Assembly: GCA_000708835.1 (NCBI GenBank)
Contig: DF237175.1
Span: 62,001-126,000 of the forward strand
Length of the DNA stretch: 64,000 nucleotides
Direction: 5' to 3'
From: Klebsormidium nitens
Lineage: Eukaryota; Plantae; Klebsormidiophyceae
The position numbers and the translations under genes are program-made. The notes under the pieces are model-generated. The model worked only from the letters and a program-made list of their open reading frames with translations, was not told the origin of the DNA and searched no databases. Position 1 is the first letter of the stretch; each line of letters starts with the position of its first letter. Below, in pieces: positions 25,621 through 37,632 of the stretch.

Positions 25621-27734
25621 TCAGGACAATATGAACTTCTCCCGCCCAGTAATCTGCATCCGACATATCGGACAGATCTCGACCTGCACGAAGAGAAAGT
25701 GACGTCAGTTACAGGGTGCTGGATTGAATCTGCATGACTCTGCAAGGTCCGCACTGTGCACTTGAAAGCAGCAAGCGCATGAATCGCCGAAAGAAGCCAA
25801 AAGCAATCGCAACATGATTTGGGGAACTCGGCACTCCATTGCTGGACGATTGGACCGCGGGACTGTCAAAACCCCGCCAAAGCATTATTTGAAAATGTTT
25901 ACGGCAGGCGGAAAGACTTGTGTAACACTACTTTAGGCCCTCCTTACCAGATCACTACAGGTGCCACAAAGGCAGGCATGCCGGCAGGGCTTCAGGAGAA
26001 CCCGAATCTGCGAGGCAAGAGTCATAAGCTATCAGAATGAAGCCACACAATGCAATGTATCACTGTCCAGCAACAGCCAAGTTGTATTTTGCTCCTTTGT
26101 GTGCTTTAGAAGCGGAAGGTCTCCATTAGTCATGTCAAACTCAACACAAAAGAGCAAACATTCATGAGCCTCGGAATGCGTAGGAGGAGAAAGGTTGCGT
26201 CAACAGAACACTCTGGCCCAGACTGGTACATCGAGCAAAAGACTTTTTACTGCATGGACCAAACGGGCAAGGTATAAGGGAGCGGTCGCAGACATAGTTC
26301 CCACCTCCTGATCCAAACAGATCCTGCACACCCAAGCAGCTTTCCGCTCCTGCACGAACAGAAACTTGGCCATCAACAGCCGACAAAGAATGCACTGGGC
26401 GAAACAAAAGATTCTCAAGTGCAGGGTGCCTGGAAGACCTGTGTGTAGAGAGGGCTGCAGGGGCAGAGGAATTGGCGCCTCAATGACACAATTAGCATCT
26501 CCAGGGTTAAGTAGGGGACAGATTGACACTCCCGACTGTGCTGCTTACAGAAGCCGCCTGTCAAGTGCCACTGTACAAGTGGAGCACAGGAAAGTTCTGA
26601 CGGCTGCTCACTTTCGTCTTTATACACGTGTTCATTGCTAGCTGCAGCAGGGTGGTCGTCTCCTCCAGCATTTCCACGCTCATCTCCCTCCCTTCTGTTG
26701 CCACGAACTTGGCAAGTGCTAATTGAAGCGGATGATCAATCTTCTGCAGCAAAAAGGTTTGAGTTTCACAATCGCTGACTCTGGCAACTGATGATGCCGG
26801 TCACTCCTGCCATCAAATCAAGAGGCTTGCATCCAATTGGTTCAACATCAGGGTCTAACATTAGGGTTTGCCCTTACGAGAAGACCCCATACACTGCTGC
26901 TGCCGGGTGGCCACATTATAGAATGCGATTGCGTCCCCTCCCTTTTAAGAAACAACATGCAAAATATGATCGCATTCTTAGCTGCAAAGTTTGAGCTAGT
27001 TCAAGCCTCTGCCCTTGCTATGAGAGGCTAAGTGGTGGCAGGATAGGACATCGTGCGCGTTTCCGTTTTCTTTAGAGCATCAACAAGCTGCACATACGTT
27101 TCAGCTTTCATTTTATCAATCGGGCTCACAGCATCAGTGAAAGTAAGCCACTAACCTCGGACTGAGCTTCCACCTTTGACTTGCTGTTTCCCATGCTAAC
27201 GACCGGCTCTACTAGCCCGAAGACGAAACCCCCCAGTAGCCCCCCACAGTAGCCAATCCCGCTAAGTATTGCTCCCAGGCCCTGAGTAACAGGAGCCACC
27301 GCTTGTATCGCTATGGCTGCGAGGGGTGCGAGGGAGGGGCCGGAGACACTGTCCTCCGCAGGCAGCCCCTCCTGCCTGACCACCCCTACGTGCCTCAGCC
27401 CCTGTTCTGGAACGTTCTCCGTGGTGCTTGGTCTACGTCTTCCTTCTGGTGCAACGGTGCATCCGAGCCGCAACCTTATCCACCCTGCAAGAGACTGGGA
27501 CGTACAAGAGCCGAGCCAGGCGAGGGTGACGAGGAGATCGCAGGCAAAGAGCCAGGGAAGAGTGGCTAGCTTCAAAATGAAGTTGCGACTGTTCAGCAGG
27601 GCAAGGGAAACTATCAGAACTTGCAGAGGGATGACTGGGAGGAGAAACAGGGCCGCTAAACCCAACAGGCCGGCTTCTGGCAGGAAGCGGAAACCTAACG
27701 AATCTAAGCGGAGGGAGAACGCCGCTGTCGGCAT
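25621..27734 (-). CDS. Membrane-anchored C3HC4 RING (zf-C3HC4_3 type) E3 ubiquitin ligase
   Basis: Exons 27734-27156 (hydrophobic segments), 26743-26612, ~26352-26308 (ERKAAWVCRICLDQE), ~26007-25948 (IRVLLKPCRHACLCGTCSDL) and ~25683-25621 (VEICPICRMQITGREKFILS*). The last three join in phase into a complete C-x2-C..C-x-H..C-x2-C..C-x2-C RING at the C-terminus. The ORF track does not show it. Confidence 0.85.
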
Positions 27735-28035
27735 GGAGCCACACCCTCACTCGCCCATGCCGCCCAGACAAGCCCTGGAGATTGCAGCCAGCCAATTCTC
27801 CGTCCCCAGGTACTCCTAATACCAACTATGTAAAGCTGAAGATTCCGCCGCCAGCGTCAATGCATCATCGCGCAATGGCGCCTGTGTTTAACTTATAGAA
27901 TCTGGGCAGGCGCTGCTCTTGCCGGTGCAGGCGCCTGTCTGTGCATGCTACACAAGGGGTGAGCGACCAGTTGTCGTACACGAGAACCCCCTCTGGGATC
28001 GAATCCATGGCCATGTTCCAGGCCCTGGTCGATCA

Positions 28036-28779
28036 TACAACGATCACACATGCCGGAAAAACGATCACACTTCCGGCCGGCGATTTTCGCCAGTTCTGGC
28101 CATTCTGGCCGTCGACGGCGGCCAGAAAATTTCTGCCATACTTTTGTCGGTCGGCCACGGCCGGCGACGGTCGGTACTGCCGTCAATGTCGAGGAAGCCT
28201 ACGTGGCAAACATGTTCCCCCGGGGCAAAACCTTGCCGTCGCGGCGTGTGTTTTACGGACATCATCATCAGGCTGAAAAGCATATGTGAATCTCATATAG
28301 GTGTTTATAAACACAAAACACAGAGTATACGGATATGGGACGGATATAAAAAAATGACCGGTGTTCAAACTTCAGATAAGATGAGTTGACATGATCACGG
28401 GGAACATGGGCATCATAGACCTGTCAGGACTTGGGTTATGAGTCTTGGATTCAATCTCCCGGGAATACAGACCTGTTAGGTGGTAATAAGCTGTGACACA
28501 TATTCGGAAAGATAGATTTACCTTTGGGCATACCATAAGCACGGAGTCTTCATGCACTCTGGCAGGTTATATCAAGCAAAGTTGCTCGGTTCCTGGAAGA
28601 CTTTCCTTGTTTGGCGGTCATCGGACGTCCCAGATTTGACCTTCGCCAAAACAGCTCGACGGCTGTACCGACCAGAAGTTGACGGTCGCTATGTGTGATC
28701 GACCCGACTGCAGCCGGCCAAATAGCCGTCGAAATCTGTCACCGGCCGGAAAAGTTCGCTTTCATGTGTGATCGCTGTA
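28036..28779. mobile_element. MITE-like non-autonomous DNA transposon (744 bp)
   Basis: Left TIR TACAACGATCACACATG (28036-28052) and right TIR CATGTGTGATCGCTGTA (28763-28779) match at 16/17 as inverted repeats. TCA flanks both sides (28033-28035 and 28780-28782). Mirrored subterminal motifs: CGATCACAC at 28062 versus GTGTGATCG at ~28693, and TTCCGGCCGG at 28071 versus CCGGCCGGAA at 28742. The core is more AT-rich and has no convincing coding sequence. Confidence 0.65.
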
Positions 28780-29173
28780 TCATGAGGAGGTTCAGCTAGC
28801 ACGAAGCTAGATCTCATTCCTGGAAATGTACGTTCTTAAAATACATATATCCCGTAAGTTTATCTCTTTATACGTGGACGTTTATGGTGGCCCCGGTTCC
28901 TTACAACGCTTCTTCCGGCTGCTATTCGTTAATCACAAGTAGCCTCGGAGCAGGCCCCCGGGCTTAGAAGAACGCTATAAGCTTGTGATCTGGAAACAGC
29001 CCACTACACCCCGAACGGTGCTAGCAAGCTGCAAACCACTTCGAAAGTTCAACATTTCAATTTCAGTCTCACAGACTGCCAAGGAGTTCAAGGAGAAGCA
29101 AGAAGTGGAGGCGCCTGGGAGGCCAAGTGCATTCTCAGCTGCGTGTTTTCTGTTGGAACATCTGCTTAAGATA

Positions 29174-32100
29174 ATGTATCCGTACAGGAGCGATGGGTAT
29201 GGCTATGGTTCTGCTGCGTCAAGCCGGAGCTATCAGCAGCAGGCACCCCGTGCGGCAAGCTCCATTGCCAGTCAGTCACTTGATGACGACCTTCCCATGT
29301 ATGTCTTGAGGGAGGATACTCTGCAGTCCAGGTACGCTGTTCCAAGCGACAGGTTGCAGGCGCAGTATTATGCCGGGAGCGGAGCGGGGCACTATGACGA
29401 GAGCACTCTTCGCGCAGCGTCGCAGAGGTACTACGATGAAGGTAGGGGAATTTTCTGGCTTGTTTTAAGCTCGAGTAAACAGAAGGCCGATGCCCGGATG
29501 CGGAATGCATTGCAAGGTCGCTCCTTTTGTATGTTGAAGCCACGTGTGTTGTGGTTCAAAGAGGAAAGCATGTTTATCTGACAACAGTAGTCAACTTGCT
29601 ACAACTCTTCTATATGGACATTTGCAGAGATTGTCAAGAGTGGTGCATCGAACATACCGTAAGGTAGCTATTGCACCAAAAAGCTACTTGCTGTGCTGCT
29701 ACTTTCAACGTCGATAATGTCAATGTACCAGTATGTAAACTGAGATTCATCATGAGCAAATATTGAGGCTTCTGATAAGCTCTGTGACAAGCGTTGGGGC
29801 AAACGGTTTGCCTGTCAGACGAAAGCTCTTGAAAAATACTATCCTACTGTACAAAGACGTTGTATACTGGACTAATCAGTTGTCTCGTTCGTCCACCTAC
29901 CTCTCTCGATGGCTTCATTGGTATCCATCCTATCCACTACGGCTGCTTCCATACGATATTACTGGTGACACCTACTACCCTACTACTGCTTTCCTTTTGT
30001 TGCTGCATCAAACTCTACTTATTACTACTACAAGTTGCTGTTCTCCACAATCTTACCGGCAATTTTGAATGCTGCTTATACCCTCGATGCATTTTTTGTT
30101 GCTTGATATCTTGTGATCCCCGCTATGCTCTGCTGCCTACTCTTTCTTCTGGACGCCAATCGTACTTCACTGTTGCTTCGTCCTGCTGCTTAATGGCTTT
30201 CTAACCCTCCCCAACTGACAAGCATCTCTTTTGACTTGCAGTGATCCAGGCTCCAAGCGCCTGCGCACAACGTACCCCGAGACCTATCAGGATCCACGGT
30301 CTGCTCGCTACCAGGCTCATGCTGCCCCTACAGGAGGGTACCCTCAGCGGCCAGGAGAGCAGAAGTGCTCATTCTATATGAGGACTGGCAAGTGCAGCTA
30401 TGGATCTGACTGCAAGTTCGATCACCCGGCTTGGGTGCCTCCCGAAGGCATCCCAGGATGGAAAGAGGTAAGGACATTGGTTCTGCGGTTTGGCTTGTTC
30501 TCAGGTGGCTTATTTCAGGAAGGTTGGATGTCTCTTGCTTCTTGCTGCACTTGAAGGCTAGTTGTGTGGAGGTCAATTTAGTCTTTCCGCCCATGATAGA
30601 CTGAATAGCTTCTATTAGCAGGTTTCCAGTTGACATAATCACGGGCTTGCCAATCCCAAAGGCTGCTCCTTTTACCGGGGGGACTTTTATGTCTGTGGTG
30701 TTGTTACCTACTGCTTCTCAAGAATTGCATCTTTGCTTACTGAAGTCTGGTGGAATTTGTCCAGGAGGAAGGCGAGTTTCCGCAGAGGCCCGGCCAGCCT
30801 CACTGCGCTGTAAGTGCGGCCGATCGTAGAGCTCTTCTTTTTGCATTCGTTTTCATCTCAGACTACTCTCCCTGAAAGCAACGTCCAACGTCAATGGTTC
30901 AAAGGCACTAGCCTGCCGTTGCTATCACATCATTGGATGGTTAACCTATTCCCATTTGTATACCTCATACTTTTGGATGCGCACTTCACGTGAATGCTTG
31001 TCTACCATGTTGCAACTGCTATGAAAGTTTTTGTCACCCACTGCAGTCATACCGGAAGTACTTAACCGTTCTCTTGACCATGCTTACATGCTCAAAAACT
31101 TTCTCTTCTGTGCAGTACTTCCTGAAGAATGGCACGTGCAAGTTTGGGTCTACATGCAAGTTCGACCACCCTGGGGCCAAGCCCTTTGCAGGGCGCTCTG
31201 TTGCAGCGGCCCCCGTGGAGCGGTTGGGGCTGCGCTCTGACGTGTTTGGCACCACTGCTCCGATGAACTCGAAGGGCCTGCCCCTGCGACCGGTGAGCGT
31301 TTCCGCAGGAGTCTTGTTGTGGACTGTACAGAGTTCATGCATTCCCGTCTGAAAGTATTCCAGATAGTGAAACTTCAAAACGACTCTCGATATGGGCTGT
31401 ACGGAGTCCTTACATTCTTGTAAGAGTGTTTGCAAGAGTGTTTCAAAAGTTGAAGTTGAGCATTGTGGCGTCCTCATCAGAGGCAAGGAAGATATTAACC
31501 TGGACAAAGGCAGGCCCGAGCCTACTCAACCTGGTCCAAAAAATCTAAATGACGCAGACAAGCATCCGGCCCTTGTCCTTTGAACCTCTGAGCAATTCGC
31601 TGCTGCTTTCTTGTTTCAAGGGCAAATGATGATTTACATCTTTCAGGACATGTATTTCTGAGGAGCAACTTGTCACCAAGCGTCTAGCCGGTCTGCTGAC
31701 CGGTGCTTCGTTACACCTGTCTCCAGTCGGAGCCCTTGTGCCAGTTCTTCAGGAAGACCGGAGACTGCAAGTACGGCGTGCTCTGCAAGTTCGATCACCC
31801 GGAGCCAGGTCAGCCGCCCGGCACAAGTCGCCCACTTTTCGCATGAGTTTTTCCTGTTTGCATACGACATCCCCAGTATCCCTGCCTGTGCTTGTCTGAA
31901 GGCTTCGCATACACGAGCTTCGGGTTGGTCGTGGATTCGCGTGCCAGGAAGTAAAATTCGTTCTCATGTGTCCGCTCTTGATCCTGCAGGAAGCTCAAAG
32001 AGGAAGCGGGCCTCAGACGATGTAAGTCTAGCTTTCTGTGTACATTTTTTTCGGTGACTGGTTGCGTTTCTGTAGTGCTCTTTGTTCGCCTCAGGCATAC

Positions 32101-34436
32101 TTGCTTTTGAGGTAGGTACTAGGCTTGCTCTGACGAAATCATGAATCAGAAAGAGCAAGTTCGTGTGTTTCCCTTTCGTCCGTTTTGTCCGTTGATTCGG
32201 TGAGTACCAGTGGCAAGTGGTCAATGTAGACACTGGTAACCGATTGCTCTTTTTGCCCCTTCTAAGTATCGCCGCTATTCGGTCGGGTCAAATAAGCATG
32301 GTTGACCGACATTCCAGATTGTCTCTTGGCAGTTCGATCTTTCTCAAAGTTTCGGTTCCGGTTGCCTACAGGATCTTCAGGACGTGCCCCTCTATGCGGT
32401 TCTCCCTGGGTCCTCATACGCAGGCAACGCCGCCCCTCCGGCCCGGGCGGTGGCTCTGCCCCAGCGACCGGGTCAACCAGAGTGCGCTGTGAGTACTAAG
32501 ATTCCATCATTGACATGGCTTCCGTGGCATGCCCTGGATCATGACACGGTTACTGGCGTACTCTATAAAGATGCTGTTTAGACGCTTCTCTTCTCAGGGT
32601 CCTTGGTGTGTAAGGAGCGGGGCTAACTTGGCATCACCTATTCCTCCTTCTGCCGTCTGCGCAATGCTCCTTCGAATTCGCTCCGCAGCTCTGCAACATT
32701 CATTAATTATGGGCCACGTCCACTCCGACTTCGCCACTCGCTGTTTCTGCGAGAGAAGTGGTTTGCCTGGCATCCCCATAGCGAGTTGTTATATCTTGGT
32801 GCTTCCTTTTCAGACAGCCCCTCCCTGCAGCTAGGCTGTGTCCTTCTTCCTTGAATTAGACTTATTCTGCTCTCATAGTGCAGAGACAGGGAACCCAAGA
32901 TCGACAGCGATAAAGAGGTTCGGACACGAGGAAATGCATCCTTCTCCAGGACAAGCCGGAAGCACTTCGAGAGCAAGAGAGATTGGCTAACACGAAACCG
33001 TGAAAAGAGAGCTCTTTCTCGTCTATGCAGTACTACATACGGACCGGTACCTGTCAGTACGGCGCCACCTGCAAATACAACCATCCGCTTCCTCTGTCCA
33101 AGAGGACCGAACAAACCAAAGCGAAGCCTGCCAAGGCCAGCCCCCCAGCGGCAGGGTTGACGCCTGCAGGCCTGCCCAGGAGGCCCGTACGTACCGCGTC
33201 GAATTGTGTCTTTGTTTTCAGCCGTTAAGGTGCAAGTGTGCATGCGCACCGGTTCCAAGAATGAGAGATATGGCGTCTTATCGAGTCTGCCAGTCTTGCC
33301 CGTACCGCTCAAAGAGCGCCTATTGACAGCGATTGGCTCATTGCGTTCCCTTGCCCTGCTTGAAGATGTCGTCCAGCGAAAGGTCCTCCTTCGGTGTTGA
33401 CTTGATGGCTGTACTGTCGATTGTATGCAACGCCTTTGTCCTTTTCATAAATCGGACGTCAGGTAAAGCTTTGCCTTCCGACAGTTCTCGATAGATTTAC
33501 ACCGAAAATTCTGACTTGAGAAATATTGGACCCTCTTTCTCTTCCTAAAAGCTGACATGACTGGCTTCCCGTGTGCAGGGCGCGACTCTGTGCGCGTACT
33601 ACATGAAGACGGGCCTCTGCAAGTACGCCCCCGACTGCAAATTCGACCACCCGCCCCCCGGCGAGGCGGCCAAGATGGCCTACCGCGCAGCCGCAGCCGA
33701 GAAGGCGGCGCCACCCGCCGCGGGAAGCGCCGGGGGCGTCCCGAGCAAGGACCAAAAGGTGGAGGAGCAATCGGCTGCTCAAACCGTGGAAAATGTCGCA
33801 GTGGGGAACACGGACGGACAAGGGGAGGCGGTTAGAATCGAAGAAAAGGCTCCGGAGGAAGCAGAAAAGGAGGGCCTTGCGGAGCAGGAAGGCGGAGGGT
33901 TTGAGGGCGAAGCTTGGAGCCCCGAGGCGGGCGTTGAGACGGAGGCGGAGGAGGGTGCGGACGTCGTCGGAGGGGAGCATGTCTCGGAGGGTGCCGTCGA
34001 GGGGAACGCGGGAGCGGAGCAGGAGGCCGGTGCGGCTGAAGGTGAGACACCGGCTGAAGCAGCAGAACAGGGTCCGGTTGAAACGGCGCCGACCGAAGCA
34101 GCAGAACAGGGTCCAGTTGAAACGGCGCTGACTGAAGACGCGGAGAAAGAGGCAGTGCTTCCTAGTCAGGCGGAGGTTGAGCAAGCGATTGAGAACGAGG
34201 CGATGCAAGCTGATGAGGCGGAGGTTGCGCAAGCGGCGGTCCCTGCCGAGGGGCCAGGAACGGTCGAGCAAGAGGAGCAGGCAGGGGGGGAAAACGATGG
34301 AGACGAACTTGATTTCGTTGACGCTGAGGGGCTGGAAAACGAAGATGCGGAGGGGTACGAAGGAGGTTTGGAACATGAGTCCATGCTTGAAGGCGGCGTG
34401 GATCTGAACGCGGAACCTACTGACGAAGTTGAATAA
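29174..34436 (+). CDS. HUA1: Tandem CCCH zinc-finger RNA-binding protein, HUA1/C3H37-like, five fingers plus an acidic C-terminal tail
   Basis: Exons 29174-~29441, ~30241-30467 ([43 protein letters not shown]), 30765-30809, ~31116-31292, ~31728-31808, ~31990-32021, ~32372-32488, ~33031-33186 and ~33579-34436. Five C-x8-C-x5-C-x3-H fingers. The finger-1 flank DHP.WVP.GGIP.WKE is characteristic of HUA1. Confidence 0.85.
34056..34133 (+). repeat. 39-bp coding tandem duplication ([26 protein letters not shown])
   Basis: gaagcagcagaacagggtcc(g/a)gttgaaacggcgc(c/t)gac(c/t) occurs at 34056-34094 and 34095-34133. Confidence 0.95.
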
Positions 34437-35331
34437 CGGGACTAGGTGCAATGAGTAATGGATCGAGAGGAGAAGGTGCTTATATCAGTTTCTTGGCCAT
34501 CTGATATTCTTGATCTCTGCACAAGTAGGACTAGGTGATTCCAATGAACAACTTTTCAAAAGCACGGCGGACATGGAATGGATGGGGCAGCTCATTGCCT
34601 TTGAGGGGGCTATGAGGTCCATGTTGTGAACTGCGGATGCATGTTTTAAGAGTGGTACTTCGGTGGCAAACCACCAATCTATGTTATTTCGTTGGCAGCA
34701 TTCCATTTGCTAGCTAGCTTAGCCGGCTCCATGCAGTTCGATATACGGGCTTCATAATTAGGGGTTGCCTTTGGAGTTCCAGCATCCGACTAGTAGCCCC
34801 CGGTCCTTGCCAGCAAGGAGCTTTTAAGGCGTCCCGATGGGATGCAACCGTCTCAGTATAGTGCAGACATGCTTACTATGTTGGGGCACTGAAGCTACAT
34901 CACGTGCGCCTGATGGACATAGCTTGACAAAGGAAGCATTGCAATAACATGCATGACCACGGAGATGCTTGACGTCGGCCATACCTCACAGTCCGAGCTG
35001 TTCTATATACTCACCACGCATGGTTTCCCTGATGATGTATTGTGATACTTGCCAATTGTTTCAAAAGGTCACGCGCTTGATCAGATTAGTAGACCGGGTC
35101 TGAACAAACCTGTAGAAGAAAATCAATGGTAGTATTCGAGTTCCGTCTAACACGCACTATAAATGGCCAGCATTTGGGTCCTTTTGACACGCGCTAAATC
35201 GGGCTAGCTAGCATTCAGGTCCCTTGTGCCACTCGCAATGTCAAGCAAGCTTACAGTGTTGAACATCAAGATGTTTGTTAGACATTCGATGATGCACAAC
35301 CAGTAGGATTACACCTTTCCTCTAAGCGAAG

Positions 35332-36180
35332 TCAATCATCTACGACCATTTCAATATAGTAGTCCAAGAAACAGAAGTACCCCGCCTCTTTTGCACCCCG
35401 CTCTTCCTCCTTGGTGATTGTGAGCCTGCAGCTTGAGCACACATAGGTTAAGAGGCATTCGCCTGAAAATAACCTTCTGAACACTGGAGTAAGCCGAATA
35501 CGAATTGCGGCGGAAGCTCTTGAGAAAGCAGTGGACTCCCCAGGACTTCAGGAACAATCAGAAATAAAAGGGTACTACCTAGACGTTGTACGGTACGAAG
35601 AGCAATTTTGCACCAGCACAGATATTCATACAACTCAATAACTGTATGACGCGAACGCGCACACAAACTCATGCGAAACCTGCTATTCAAAAGGGAAGAA
35701 TCTCTGCTTTTTCCCCACACCCCATGCTACGACAAGCACAATGCAGCTAAAATGGACCTGCTCGAGAACGAGCACACTTGCTGCTCACCTGACTGCAGAC
35801 GCCTGTCGCAACAGATCAACATATTAAACAATGCTTCATGTTAAGCAATGTATTTGACCAATATATTACAATGTATGTAAAACAGTTTGTGAGCGCTTAC
35901 TCTTGTCCAGTGTAGTGTTTGAGATACTCCTCGTAGTCTTCCTGGCCCGAGAATCTTGACCCTTTTGGTGGGTGCTTTGGAAAGAGCTCCCGCGTGACGA
36001 TGATGGTGCGCTTTTCTATGGCCAGAAGAGACAAAGTGTTAACTCAGATCCTAATGTCCCCCGGGTGTCCCCCTTCCTGCAGGCGCTTATGAGAAGTAAT
36101 GCAACCAAGGGAAAAACCTCTTACACCAATGGCCTGACAGAAAACAGTCCCGCCAACAAACCTGTCCCACCAGCATCCAT
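35332..36180 (-). CDS. Small three-exon orphan gene, 75 aa
   Basis: Exons 36180-36162 (19 nt), 36015-35901 (115 nt) and 35425-35332 (94 nt) sum to 228 nt with GT-AG introns in phase. Product: MDAGGTEKRTIIVTRELFPKHPPKGSRFSGQEDYEEYLKHYTGQELTITKEEERGAKEAGYFCFLDYYIEMVVDD*. Confidence 0.55.
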
Positions 36181-37632
36181 GTGCTCCGCCGTGCCAGTAC
36201 TAATACAAGTTTGATCAGAAGCCGAGCTTTAGAGAGAAAAACAGTGAGCTTTGATCAAACAACTTCGATAGAATGGAGAAGAGCTCAGGCCCCGCGCCGC
36301 TGGAAGCGCAATTGATAAGGCAGGCCCGGCCCCCTATAAAGCTGTCCGGTCACGGTCACTAGCGCGACGTCAGTGGCCGGGCGCGCAAGCGGCCGCCGCA
36401 GGCCGATACGGCGGAGGGTTTGCAGGGTTTGGGCCGCGGCGCGCAGCAGCCGCGCCGCGCCGCGCGGATCGGATATAGAGCTAGGAGCTACATGCAGCTA
36501 GCTAGTACGTAGTCACCTAGGACAGGTAGATCGCCACAATTGGGAGATCGGTCTTAGTAGGCTGCATGACACGATGTTTTTGTTGCACGGCCGGCGCGAT
36601 TTGAACAAGCGTAATTTTAACAGCAAGCATAACACTCACAATGCGTTACATTGCAGACTGCCCCGGCCCGGCCTTCCAATGTTGAATATAAAGCCATATA
36701 AGCATATATCCAAAGGTTCGATTTTCCCAAGTGCTCTGCCTGGGTCCTGCAAGTGGTGCCATGGATGCTGCATGATTTACATTGAATCTCTGCGGATTGG
36801 CAGGCTCGATCACATTCTGAGGATTAACTTAAACTTTGGGCGGCAATTGTCTTGATCCCTGGATAAGTCTACTTCATGGAAGTCTCTATCCAAAATCGTG
36901 ATCAATCTCGATCCCATTGGTCAAATCATTGTGACCATTGAATATATTACTTAGTTGGATTGAGAACACCGATTCCTATTGAAGCAGAGCTAGAGACGAG
37001 CATAGTGCGCAAAAAAGTAAATCACCCCGACGATTTCTAGTGAAGCGGAAATCGCTGTTCCCACTGTCTCCAATGATGCAAGTGAGCTATTCAGGCTCAC
37101 ATGTGTTCTTGTCCCTGCTTGATTATACGCAGTTAAGTTTGCCCGTTGCCAGGCTGTTGAAACTTGCATTGCAACGGCTGATTGCATGAACTTCGATACG
37201 ACTGCCGTCCACAAAGTGCAGATCGACGTGCATAATCCCGCATGCGAAGGATACTTCATGCAGAGGCGTCAGGCGTTATTATTTTGAAACCTGCTCTCAC
37301 AAGAGGATAACTCCTGACGGTAGACATTTCTTACGAGAACGCGAACAGTGCCTTGGCGGGCCAACAATTAGATTGACGACAAGGAGAAACAACAATCAGT
37401 GAGCCGTTCACTCCCCCCAGCAAAGTGGATTTGAGCCTGTTACTACAACAACGACCATGGTCCGCGTCCAGATGTTAGCCTCCACAATGCATTTCGCACC
37501 TACAGATTTCAACCTGTACAGAAGCTTGCACATACAAGAAATTTGAACAAGCCTAGCCGTTTTGGATCAGTAAGCAGTCATATCGCGGAACTGTTCCCAG
37601 TATGCAGTTCGACCCGGAGAAGACATACACTC

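Noticed and set aside
27919-28389. ORFs inside the MITE-like element as a transposase
   Set aside because: Short, with no DDE or DNA-binding motifs; they derive from GC-rich subterminal repeats.
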